From a virus (lineage: Duplodnaviria; Caudoviricetes), in IMG/VR virus record IMGVR_UViG_3300017963_004517, positions 1 through 58,444 of that record: 58,444 nucleotides of DNA; one strand, 5' to 3'. The translations under genes and the position numbers were made by a program. Every line of letters begins with the position of its first letter. Position 1 is the first letter of the stretch. The notes under the pieces were generated by a model. It had not been told where the DNA came from. It did not search any database and saw only the letters and a list, made by a program, of their open reading frames with translations. Shown here in pieces: positions 30,391-39,080 of the stretch.

Positions 30391-30637
30391 TACCTTGTTG
30401 CTCTTTGTATCGCTCCATTACCTGTCCGACCATCTTCTCGAAGATCGAGTCCAGATATAGAATGTTACTCATCAACGGCTCTGGCTGCCGGCGGAGGTCA
30501 GTCGGTAAGAAGCGCCGGTCTGTCGCTCGCCATTTCACCCAGACATCATAGGCCTCTTTGAAATCATCCAAACTTATATCAAGCTCATCGGGCAGGTAAA
30601 AATCCTGGCGATCAGGATTTTTCGGAACCGACCTCAA
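30383..30637 (-). CDS. Tail assembly chaperone, frameshift-extended part
   Basis: Lies in the -1 frame, open from the A9 run of the upstream gene. Confidence 0.65.
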   Translation of the reverse strand: MRSVPKNPDRQDFYLPDELDISLDDFKEAYDVWVKWRATDRRFLPTDLRRQPEPLMSNILYLDSIFEKMVGQVMERYKEQQGNG

Positions 30638-31134
30638 GAGGCTTTGATAGATTTTTTGGGTCTCGTCCCTTTTTTTTTGGTGGCAGCCAACTCGCGTTCC
30701 TGCTGGGAAATCTGGACATCATAAATCTTGTTCAGCCCGTCCAGCCAGACAAACTCATGCCCAAGCTCCCTGGCCGTCTCGACCCAAAAGGCGATATCGC
30801 TCTTGGGCATGACCAGGAACTGTTCAGGAGTCGGCACTTCGCCATCCGAGCAAATCTTTAGAGGCGCCCAGACCTCGGTGATCATGTTCCTGCGAACGAT
30901 CTCCTCGTACTCTTCGGACTCGTCAAAGCCCTTCAAAAGCTCGGTCACCAGGGACGATAACTTAAAACGGGAAAACCCGTCGGCCTCCGTTACGGTCAAT
31001 CTGAACTTGCGGAGTTGGATCTCGACCGCGACTAGCCCCGTGTCGGTCTCACCAATAGCGAGGCGATGGGGCTGGGGGATCACGGTCGTAGACGTAGAAG
31101 CTTTTTCTGTTCCGTTGATTTCTGCGCTAGTCAT
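30634..31134 (-). CDS. Tail assembly chaperone
   Basis: Between major tail and tape measure genes; slippery AAAAAAAAAGGG at 30678-30667. Confidence 0.7.
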   Translation of the reverse strand: MTSAEINGTEKASTSTTVIPQPHRLAIGETDTGLVAVEIQLRKFRLTVTEADGFSRFKLSSLVTELLKGFDESEEYEEIVRRNMITEVWAPLKICSDGEVPTPEQFLVMPKSDIAFWVETARELGHEFVWLDGLNKIYDVQISQQERELAATKKKGTRPKKSIKAS

Positions 31135-31153
31135 GCTAGTCTCCTAAAGGGGT

Positions 31154-32041
31154 TTATGAATCAGCGATCTGGTACAAAACCAAAATCTCGACACCGGCCC
31201 CGTAGGTGGTCACTGGAGCAGTGTTGAACGTGATCGTGGCAGTCGTGGCCGTGTAATCCGCAGCATCGACCACCGCCGGCGTGCCTGTCGTAAGCACAGC
31301 CACAATCTCGATGTTTGTGGCATCTGCAGCTTGTTTGTCGGCAGGGAAATCAAACGCAACCTGGGCAGCCTGGGCAGCGAACGCTGCGACTCGAGGCCGG
31401 TAGGCACTGAAACCAGACCAAATGCCGGCATTGTCAGCGCCTGATGCGGACACGCCTGAGAATGGGTCAGACGGGTCTGACAGGATGGACAAGTCGCCAC
31501 CCCACAGGTACTGGTCAACTGGATCGGGAGCCAGGTCGAATATCAGATCGATGGGCTCCTGGCCGGCACCGGGCTCGCGCACGATGGCCTTGGTATTGGG
31601 AATCATGTGGAACCGCCAACGCTGGGAACCGCTCTGCGCGATAGCAGCCTGGTACATGATCAAGCCCACGTTCGGCTCTGTACCCTGCAAGTCAGACATA
31701 TGTGGAAGCATGCGCATGCCGGCCTTTTCGATGATCGTGCCGCCGGTCAGGGCAGCGATGATATCCAGGTCGGTAGCGCCGACAGAGATCTCGCCCGTGG
31801 CAGGCTCAATGGGGGGGAACACCTGCTGTTTTAGCAGACGGTCATTCCCGATATGAGCCACGCGCCGGCTCGGCGGGATGGTCAAATTGTAGGCCTTGAA
31901 GCCATATACCTCTAGGCCAGTATATGCCTCGCCGGCACCATCGGCCAGAGATCCATCAGGTCGGTTATAAGCATTGAGTTGGTAGATGACAACCTGTTTC
32001 GATCCCGAAAAAACATAAGGTTCAACATTGATACTGGTCAT
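31154..32041 (-). CDS. Major tail tube protein
   Basis: Position, size and beta-rich composition. Confidence 0.7.
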   Translation of the reverse strand: MTSINVEPYVFSGSKQVVIYQLNAYNRPDGSLADGAGEAYTGLEVYGFKAYNLTIPPSRRVAHIGNDRLLKQQVFPPIEPATGEISVGATDLDIIAALTGGTIIEKAGMRMLPHMSDLQGTEPNVGLIMYQAAIAQSGSQRWRFHMIPNTKAIVREPGAGQEPIDLIFDLAPDPVDQYLWGGDLSILSDPSDPFSGVSASGADNAGIWSGFSAYRPRVAAFAAQAAQVAFDFPADKQAADATNIEIVAVLTTGTPAVVDAADYTATTATITFNTAPVTTYGAGVEILVLYQIADS

Positions 32042-32044
32042 AGG

Positions 32045-32359
32045 TTACTCCTTATATGAACGTACTTCATACTCATACGGTTTCGCATTCTTGCGAACCT
32101 CAAGAATAGCTTTGATAATCTTGCTCTTGACAGAGGGTTTAGGACTTGGAACGTCATCCCATTCCGGAAGAGCTCTCAACTGCGTGACAGTCATAGAGTC
32201 CAGCAAGCCGGCATCATTAGCCCGAGGGGGAGCCGACGATGCGCGATAGACAACCCGGTCGCCGCAACGAGCGATAACCAAATCATAACGTTCTGGATCT
32301 GGCACCACGGGCAGAAAATGGTTGTGCCCACGAACAGGGCATTTGACATCTTCGGGCAT
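32045..32359 (-). CDS. Small protein with Rho-N/HeH-like domain
   Basis: LDSMTVTQLRAL...KSKIIKAIL; paralogous to 33776-34105. Confidence 0.55.
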   Translation of the reverse strand: MPEDVKCPVRGHNHFLPVVPDPERYDLVIARCGDRVVYRASSAPPRANDAGLLDSMTVTQLRALPEWDDVPSPKPSVKSKIIKAILEVRKNAKPYEYEVRSYKE

Positions 32360-32853
32360 TACAATCCTTCTCTCGGCACAATCTGCCTCACGGTCACAAG
32401 GCAGACCTGCCGAATATGAGAATAAACAACCATCGAATCCTCTGTCCCAGATACCGGGATATAGCTGGGACGGTCCTCGCTTGACAAGATCGCGTCACGC
32501 ACAAATTGAGTTTTGCCAAGATTTCGGCCTTTTTGGGTGTGATTTAGCAGATATATCACATCGCCTCGATAGGCTTTGAAACCGTTCTCATTCCAGGCCT
32601 TTGTCTCTGACGTTTTCCAGCGGACCATCAGATCTAACAGGATTTCCCAGGAGTATTCGATAAACCCGGAAGTATCCTCGGTCTGGGGGAATGCACCCGG
32701 ATAGGTGAACGCAAAATGGTCGAAGCCGGCACTCAGATATTGGTCATCCGAGGCCGTCACCTGTTTTGTCGCGTCAGTCCAATATGAGGACAACTCTGTT
32801 CGCAGCAAAGTAATCAATCCGGTCTCGCACAATTTCCAATAGTCGGTTGCCAT
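32359..32853 (-). CDS. Tail terminator / completion protein
   Basis: Synteny. Confidence 0.55.
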   Translation of the reverse strand: MATDYWKLCETGLITLLRTELSSYWTDATKQVTASDDQYLSAGFDHFAFTYPGAFPQTEDTSGFIEYSWEILLDLMVRWKTSETKAWNENGFKAYRGDVIYLLNHTQKGRNLGKTQFVRDAILSSEDRPSYIPVSGTEDSMVVYSHIRQVCLVTVRQIVPREGL

Positions 32854-32854
32854 T

Positions 32855-33346
32855 TTATTCGTTCACTCCAAAGCCTTCCTGTCGGGCGATCTCTTTCAGC
32901 ACCCGCTTGACTGTCAAAGGCAGCTTCTTTATAAAGCGGTCCTTGACAATCTTGAACAGATTCCAGCGTCCTCGATGGATACGAGATTGCCGGCCGGTAC
33001 TGCGAGCCGTGCCGCCAATGTATTTGGCATGCGCGAGCGGGTTACCAACATCATACCCATCCTCGCGCTTGATCACCTTCCAGGCCTTGGCGTAATCACC
33101 ACTTCGCTTGGTAGGGATCCCGCGACCGAAGCCGTCACTGGCAAAGAAGGCCTTACGCTGCCTGACCGAATCCCATTGGATTGGATATGTCGGCTTCTTG
33201 CCCGGCTCCTTCATCTTCGACCGGATAGCCACTGCAGTATCGTATAGACGCTGCCGGCTAACCAGCGGAATCTTTTTTCGCAGCCGCTCGAACCGCTTGG
33301 CCACGAGGGTCGCCGGCGGTACGATCTTGAGACTCAGGAATGGCAT
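32855..33346 (-). CDS. Neck protein (HK97 gp10-like)
   Basis: Basic; RSGDY.KAW, VGN...AKYI. Confidence 0.6.
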   Translation of the reverse strand: MPFLSLKIVPPATLVAKRFERLRKKIPLVSRQRLYDTAVAIRSKMKEPGKKPTYPIQWDSVRQRKAFFASDGFGRGIPTKRSGDYAKAWKVIKREDGYDVGNPLAHAKYIGGTARSTGRQSRIHRGRWNLFKIVKDRFIKKLPLTVKRVLKEIARQEGFGVNE

Positions 33347-33359
33347 GGTAAGGTACTAA

Positions 33360-33776
33360 TTACAACAGGTCGAAGGATGCAACCTTGCGCCCCGTGTCGA
33401 CCTTTGGGACGCCCTGGTTTTCGAAGCCGACTGATTTGCGCTGAACCCAATCGTGAACCTCTTTGTCAATAGTGATAAACGGGGAGAGGCCTCGAGTAAG
33501 GATATTTTCGGAATAGAACCGGCCTGTCCTGTGGGCAGCGTCTACCAGGTCACTCACAATTCCTTCGACCAACAGGTCGAGCTCTTTGACAACCGCAGCC
33601 AGAGTAACCGGAACAGTGAAGCCTTCATCAGCCAACGCCGTATCGACCATGGCGCTGACATCATCCAGCCATCCGGTAACCGTCGCTGATGTTGGAATCG
33701 TGGAGGTTGTAAAAGTGCCAGAATCCGACCAAAGCGCATTCATCGCACCCACGCCGGCGACTGTCCCGTAGGCCAT
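33360..33776 (-). CDS. Head-tail adaptor
   Basis: MAYGTVAGV start; synteny. Confidence 0.65.
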   Translation of the reverse strand: MAYGTVAGVGAMNALWSDSGTFTTSTIPTSATVTGWLDDVSAMVDTALADEGFTVPVTLAAVVKELDLLVEGIVSDLVDAAHRTGRFYSENILTRGLSPFITIDKEVHDWVQRKSVGFENQGVPKVDTGRKVASFDLL

Positions 33777-34105
33777 TAGCCGGCCTCACGTGCTTCCTGT
33801 TGATGGGGTACACGGATAGCCAGAATGGCAGCCACGATCTCCGGTTTAGTGCTCGGGCGAGGTGGTTCGACCTCACCCCACTCCGGAAGAGCCTTCAACT
33901 GTGCAACAGTCAGGGTCTCGAGGTGGGCAGCATGATCAGGCGCCTCTTCGGGAGGGGCATTCTCGCCCTTGACCAACTCCAGGATATCTCGAAACCCTTC
34001 GGCTTCGTCGGTCGTCAATTCAATGGTGTCGCCTGGCCCGTATTGATTATACGGACCAAAGCGACGACCAGGTAGAACTCGATAGGTATACTTTTTATCA
34101 GGCAT
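33776..34105 (-). CDS. Small protein with Rho-N/HeH-like domain
   Basis: YGPGDTIELT..EA, LETLTVAQLKAL...TKPEIVAAIL. Confidence 0.6.
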   Translation of the reverse strand: MPDKKYTYRVLPGRRFGPYNQYGPGDTIELTTDEAEGFRDILELVKGENAPPEEAPDHAAHLETLTVAQLKALPEWGEVEPPRPSTKPEIVAAILAIRVPHQQEAREAG

Positions 34106-34160
34106 TGCTTATCTCCTAATCCCCAGAGGGGATGTAAGTCAAACCTTATAGCCGGCTCAA

Positions 34161-35147
34161 CTAGCAGCCGGTCGCGTGTAGAACGCCACACCGACTGTTA
34201 GCATCGTATTTGATGCGGGGAACCTGCGCAATCATGACACGGTAATCTGTGATCATGCCGCCCATCTCGGCCCATGTGATCGGCGCCAGGGTCATGCCAA
34301 TGGCCAGGTCGACCACGTCTGAGGTCATCTGCACCATCACCATATGGCCGGCGGTTAGTTCATAGCTGGGCTTTACGTCAATGACTTCTGGGATGTTCTG
34401 TTTGACCACAGAGATCTCGCTCAGGTGAGCAGTCGGGTCAATCAGGTTGAGGGTCTCGCCGTATTGAGTCGAGGCCAGGTAGATCATGAACGGGCCCTTG
34501 AACCCAATGGCACGCAGGGCTGTAAGTCCGCCCGTCACCGCCTTGTAGAAGTTGCCGGCAGTACCGAAGTCGCCGGAACCCAGGCCAGCCGCAGTCGTCG
34601 AGATGCGGTTCGTCGCATTGGTGTATCCCTGGATGGTATAGCCGGCCAATTGCTTGGCATGGCCGGAGAAGAGCATGGTCTCCAGGGACTCAGTCACCAC
34701 TCGGGTAGCCGCTGCAACGTGGTCGGTTTCCAGTGGATCTCCACTCTGGCGAGCAGATTCCAGGTCACGGAGGTCGAACGCGAATTCCTTGTAGATCACA
34801 GGAACCGGGATGTTGACCTGCGTATATTCCAGCCGGTCACGCTCACCACGAACGTCCACACTCATGGTAACGTTGGCAGCCGTCATATCGCCGACCTGCT
34901 CATAGGCGCTGACCTTCGAACCCAGGCCTCCCAATTTCTTGGTAAGCCCACGGCTCATAAGATCCGCCACGCCGTTCAATTCGATCTTGGCAGTCTGGAG
35001 AACAACCTTGTCGAGCTCGAGCCACTCATCTTTTTGCAGCAGGGCATTCTGGTGCATGCCCACATGAGGCCGGATCTTATGTTGCGCAGCAGCAACTCCA
35101 CCACGGCCGAACAGGGTCATAATGTCGCTTGATTTTGCTGTGAACAT
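34161..35147 (-). CDS. Major capsid protein (encapsulin/Linocin-M18-like HK97 fold)
   Basis: EWLELDKVV, PVPVIYKEF.FDLRDLESAR, LE.MLF.G; between decoration and adaptor genes. Confidence 0.85.
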   Translation of the reverse strand: MFTAKSSDIMTLFGRGGVAAAQHKIRPHVGMHQNALLQKDEWLELDKVVLQTAKIELNGVADLMSRGLTKKLGGLGSKVSAYEQVGDMTAANVTMSVDVRGERDRLEYTQVNIPVPVIYKEFAFDLRDLESARQSGDPLETDHVAAATRVVTESLETMLFSGHAKQLAGYTIQGYTNATNRISTTAAGLGSGDFGTAGNFYKAVTGGLTALRAIGFKGPFMIYLASTQYGETLNLIDPTAHLSEISVVKQNIPEVIDVKPSYELTAGHMVMVQMTSDVVDLAIGMTLAPITWAEMGGMITDYRVMIAQVPRIKYDANSRCGVLHATGC

Positions 35148-35638
35148 TATATAATCCTCACTCTCACGCGAGCCGCTGTGGTGCCGGCGGAATTATCCAC
35201 CGCCTCGGTTGCGCGTCCAATCATTTTTTCTGGGAGTTGGGCAGCAGCCGCGTAGGCCATCAGATATCCATCAGAGGCGCTTTGTACCAACCCTTCGGCT
35301 GCAACGCTCTGGCCAGGCCCCAACAGGGCATAAACGATATCGCCTGGTCTGGGGAACCAAACCTTGACTGCCGCGTTATCATCATCGTAGTCGACATCGA
35401 TGTCGCCCAGGGTCTTGGAAACAGAGTCCTCGTTCAAACCCTCGATAGCGAACATACGCTCTGCATTCCCACCCTGGGTGGTGTGCGGACGTACTTCGCC
35501 GGCTACGGTTTCGACCAGCATGCCGGGAGTGATCGCGGTCACGCCCGAAGCAGTGATCGGGGCAAGCGGGAATTCCTCGTAGTTAGGTTCTCCCGCGCAT
35601 TTCAGCACAATCGTGCTGGGAGCAGACTTAGCCATCAT
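35147..35638 (-). CDS. Head decoration/cement protein
   Basis: ITPGMLV, GD.V.ALL, A.EAVDNS; precedes the capsid gene. Confidence 0.7.
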   Translation of the reverse strand: MMAKSAPSTIVLKCAGEPNYEEFPLAPITASGVTAITPGMLVETVAGEVRPHTTQGGNAERMFAIEGLNEDSVSKTLGDIDVDYDDDNAAVKVWFPRPGDIVYALLGPGQSVAAEGLVQSASDGYLMAYAAAAQLPEKMIGRATEAVDNSAGTTAARVRVRII

Positions 35639-35641
35639 CGT

Positions 35642-36235
35642 CTATTCCTCCTTTGCATTTTTGAACAGGGATTCGATATCGGGCATAGGCGCAACATCTT
35701 CCTTGTTCGCTTTGACGGTCTGGGGATTGAGCAAGCTGTAATCCACCGTCACGTCATGACCATCGAATGAGCGTGCCAGTTTTTTCAGGGTCGTCACGGG
35801 CACATCCTCCAGGTCGGCCTCTTCGAACTGGCCGGCGGAGTTGGCCACGATCTGGGTGACCAGAGCGTCACGATCCCGGTCCTGTTGGTTCTGGATGAAC
35901 TCAACAGCCTCAACTGCATTGAGCAGCAGTCCTTTGTAGGCATCGAATCCGCCAATCTCATCGATCAACGAATTGAGCTTCAAAAGGTTAGCGACATCAG
36001 GTCCTGGATCCCGACCGGGAGCCTGAGCCTGGTGAGCGTTCTGCTTGGGAGATGCCGAAGTGGGTTCGTCGTCCTTTTTCTTGTTCTTCGCTTCCCAGGC
36101 CTTCTGCTCATCCTCGCTCATCTCATCCCAATCATCCGGGTAGTCCATCTGATTGGTAGAGATATCCTCGATAGCGTCCTCGTTCACATGGAAGCCAAAG
36201 AGTTCAGCGAGTTTTTGGAATTTTGTTTTTTCCAT
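35642..36235 (-). CDS. Capsid scaffold protein
   Basis: Acidic helical protein between protease and decoration genes; AAGGAG RBS. Confidence 0.65.
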   Translation of the reverse strand: MEKTKFQKLAELFGFHVNEDAIEDISTNQMDYPDDWDEMSEDEQKAWEAKNKKKDDEPTSASPKQNAHQAQAPGRDPGPDVANLLKLNSLIDEIGGFDAYKGLLLNAVEAVEFIQNQQDRDRDALVTQIVANSAGQFEEADLEDVPVTTLKKLARSFDGHDVTVDYSLLNPQTVKANKEDVAPMPDIESLFKNAKEE

Positions 36236-36245
36236 CGTCTCTCCT

Positions 36246-37979
36246 TTACTGAACAGATTCCAATAACGATAGTGCCACAGCAAGGCCTTCCAAGTCTTGC
36301 TGGTTTTTCTTAGGTTTTCCACTGATGACTGATACTACATCAGGAATAGGATCATGAATAATAGGCCTCTTGTAATCTTCTGAATCGCGATCCCAAAGTG
36401 ACAAAATCTCTTCGTCAGAATAACCTTTTTTTTGCAGATATTTGTAGTCTGATTCGCTCCACATGGGGTGAGATACTATTCGTTCTTTTATAGGTACTTT
36501 AGAAGCGGATTTTGAGCCGGCCCCCTTCCCACCGTGTATACTCTGCGGACTCCCAGACTTATGCGGACCAGGACCGTAGTGATTAGTTTTCATCCACTTG
36601 CCGTCCTCTTCTTTCCAGCCGGCGCGTTTCACCGCGCCCCAGGCGATCTTGGCAGCCTTTTCCTCGTCGTGCTCTTCCTTAGCCTTTTGGTAAACAGACT
36701 CCCAGAGATCCTTGCCCTCAGCCGGCAGGGAGCCGGTCACGTTTACTTTTAGGGATCTGGCCTTTATTAATTTTTCTTCAAAAGATTCGAGGGTATCGAA
36801 AACCTTATTGTACTCATCAGGATAATTCCCCTTCATGACCTCTTCACGCCCATATGATTCTGACAAAAATGCCGTCAAATCACTCCTGGCTGATCGCAGA
36901 GTATCAAGTTGTAGACCAAGAAACCTGCTCCCTTTTTTTGACAACTCTGATGCAGATAAATCGGAACGCTCTTTCAAACCCCGATAAACTTCGCGTGTCG
37001 ATTTTGGTAACGAAACCCCTCCAGCCTTCCCGGTCGTAGACGTAGAAGCGGATTTTGAGCCGGCACCCTTCCCACCATGCACACTCTGCGGACTCCCGTC
37101 CTTGTGCGGACCAGGACCGTAGTGGTTCTGTGCCACTTTGTGAACATAGCGCGTATCTTTGATAACCGGGATCCACTCCGGCTCGTCGTCAAAGTAGACC
37201 TTGCCACTGGCTGGGTTATAGGTATAGCCGACTTGAAAATAATCATTCCCGCGTCTGACGAACACATGCGTGTCGGTCGTTTCTTCGACATAAGACTCGA
37301 CAGGAACCGTAGTCTCGGATCCGAGCTCACTGGCGCGTTTATCGCGCACGCGCATCAAATCCGTGAATCCCTGCCGGATATCATCGAGGCGCTTCTCGTA
37401 AGTTCCAGGGCTGGCACTGTTGCGGTTCAACCCGCAGCCATCAGCCAGGGAGCAGGCTCCCGCCTCCTGGGTAAGCAGCGCGATGTGATCCGGGTGTATT
37501 TTCTGGTCAACATAACTGTAGTCACGCCCATTGAAATTGCCGGCCTGGGGAACAGACTCTGACCAATAGCCCGTCGAAGTCTCGACCTCTTGACTGTTAT
37601 CGATCCGCTCCAGGACCAGGGCAGCATCCTGATTATTCTCGTTGTCCCTCAACGACACGAGCAAATCCCTGTCCAGCCAATACTCGCCGACCAGACGACG
37701 CCCGTCCATTTTGGCATTATAGAACCGGCCAACCACAGGGACATCTGGATCCGGCACTCGGGCAGAGCCCCCGTTCTTTTTGGGATGGGGGAGCACTACC
37801 GGGATGTCGTTCCAATCGTTGACAAACGACCCGAACTCATCCGCCGGCACAAAACGCCCATTGAGTACACCCTCGACCAGGGGAACGCCGTTCACAACAA
37901 GCCACCGCTTGCCGGCGCGTTCCACCTCTCGGAAGGTGGGCAATAGGCGATTCGAGGCAAAAGCCAGTGATGTATCCAT
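36246..37979 (-). CDS. DUF2213-like prohead protease fused to a ChaB domain and two tagged cargo domains
   Basis: EGVLNG, PVV..HP, ETSTGY, PDHIALL..GACS..DGCG; ChaB-like LPAEGKDLW...AKIAWGAVKR; HYGPGPH tag twice. Confidence 0.8.
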   Translation of the reverse strand: MDTSLAFASNRLLPTFREVERAGKRWLVVNGVPLVEGVLNGRFVPADEFGSFVNDWNDIPVVLPHPKKNGGSARVPDPDVPVVGRFYNAKMDGRRLVGEYWLDRDLLVSLRDNENNQDAALVLERIDNSQEVETSTGYWSESVPQAGNFNGRDYSYVDQKIHPDHIALLTQEAGACSLADGCGLNRNSASPGTYEKRLDDIRQGFTDLMRVRDKRASELGSETTVPVESYVEETTDTHVFVRRGNDYFQVGYTYNPASGKVYFDDEPEWIPVIKDTRYVHKVAQNHYGPGPHKDGSPQSVHGGKGAGSKSASTSTTGKAGGVSLPKSTREVYRGLKERSDLSASELSKKGSRFLGLQLDTLRSARSDLTAFLSESYGREEVMKGNYPDEYNKVFDTLESFEEKLIKARSLKVNVTGSLPAEGKDLWESVYQKAKEEHDEEKAAKIAWGAVKRAGWKEEDGKWMKTNHYGPGPHKSGSPQSIHGGKGAGSKSASKVPIKERIVSHPMWSESDYKYLQKKGYSDEEILSLWDRDSEDYKRPIIHDPIPDVVSVISGKPKKNQQDLEGLAVALSLLESVQ

Positions 37980-38073
37980 AAAAATAGCGCGACTCCGGGT
38001 TTTTAATCCGAAGTCACGCTTCTGTGCTATTATATTAGCACAATAGGGTAAGAAATGTCAATCTACCAATGTA

Positions 38074-38295
38074 CTATACCTTGAGTCGTAAATTGACGTA
38101 ATCTATGCCAAGGCTGGTAAATAGATCGCGTTTCCGTGGATGAATCTTTGGCCGCTCGGCTGCGACGATGGCCTGGATCCGAGATTTAGACAACCCATAC
38201 TTGACCATCAAGTTCTCCATATTCATCTTGAGGCTATCTTGATAAATATTGCGATTCCTGTACTCGATGGCAATCGTCCTGGCTATCATGGCCAA
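38074..38295 (-). CDS. Mor/C-like small HTH regulator
   Basis: RNRNIY...NLMVKYGLSKSRIQAIV. Confidence 0.55.
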   Translation of the reverse strand: MAMIARTIAIEYRNRNIYQDSLKMNMENLMVKYGLSKSRIQAIVAAERPKIHPRKRDLFTSLGIDYVNLRLKV

Positions 38296-39080
38296 TACAA
38301 CTTTTTATAGCCTGCGAGAAGCAGATATGATGGATAGAACACTGGCTTCCGTGTGATAAGAGGGATAGGTACACCCTTGGTGAGACGGGGGAAACGGTTC
38401 ACGGCAAATGATCCATCAGGGAAATCCGGGTCTTTCAGGTCACCGGCCTTGATGATAGTTGCCCAACAAATGCGCCGGTCAGTCAGGATGTCAATGTCAC
38501 AATCATAGGGGATGTTGTTCTCCCACCCGTACTCAGTATTGGCAAGATGCCAGGTGTCTATGCACACGTTCGTGTTCGCTATCGTCCCGTTGTGAACATT
38601 GGATCCAGTGGTACGGATAGCATCGAAGCCAGGATCCTCGGATTCCAGATTCTCACCCGCTACCCAATTGGAAAGGGGAACTGAGTTTGGACCATAGCCG
38701 GTGCCGCGTGTGTTCCAAAACGCAACGCCGGCGCTATAGGTTCCGGTATACGCTCGCACAATGTGATCGTGCTGGTCAGCGGTCAAGAGCCCAGAGCGAG
38801 TCCCGTCCAGGTTGAACATACGATGCCCGTACTCGGACAGCGCCATCAGGTTGGCACAAAACCACTGCCCATGCCGATCCATCCTGACCGCATGGCTGTT
38901 CGTATGATTGGACTCTTCGCCGAGCAAAAACACATCAGGCGCACCGCCAAGCTCGATTGCCTTTGGCCTGATCGGATAGAACTCCCTGCTGCGAGGTGGG
39001 AAAAATTCTGGAGTAACCCAAAACCCATCTTGGGGAGGTACGGCCGGCTCATTAACCCGTACACTTATCGAGACTTTCAT
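38286..39080 (-). CDS. Hypothetical protein in the lysis module
   Basis: Coupled to the endolysin gene. Confidence 0.6.
   Translation of the reverse strand: MKVSISVRVNEPAVPPQDGFWVTPEFFPPRSREFYPIRPKAIELGGAPDVFLLGEESNHTNSHAVRMDRHGQWFCANLMALSEYGHRMFNLDGTRSGLLTADQHDHIVRAYTGTYSAGVAFWNTRGTGYGPNSVPLSNWVAGENLESEDPGFDAIRTTGSNVHNGTIANTNVCIDTWHLANTEYGWENNIPYDCDIDILTDRRICWATIIKAGDLKDPDFPDGSFAVNRFPRLTKGVPIPLITRKPVFYPSYLLLAGYKKLYWP

Noticed and set aside
34161-35147. Cellular encapsulin nanocompartment
   Set aside because: Embedded among portal, protease, scaffold and tail genes, so it is the phage capsid protein.
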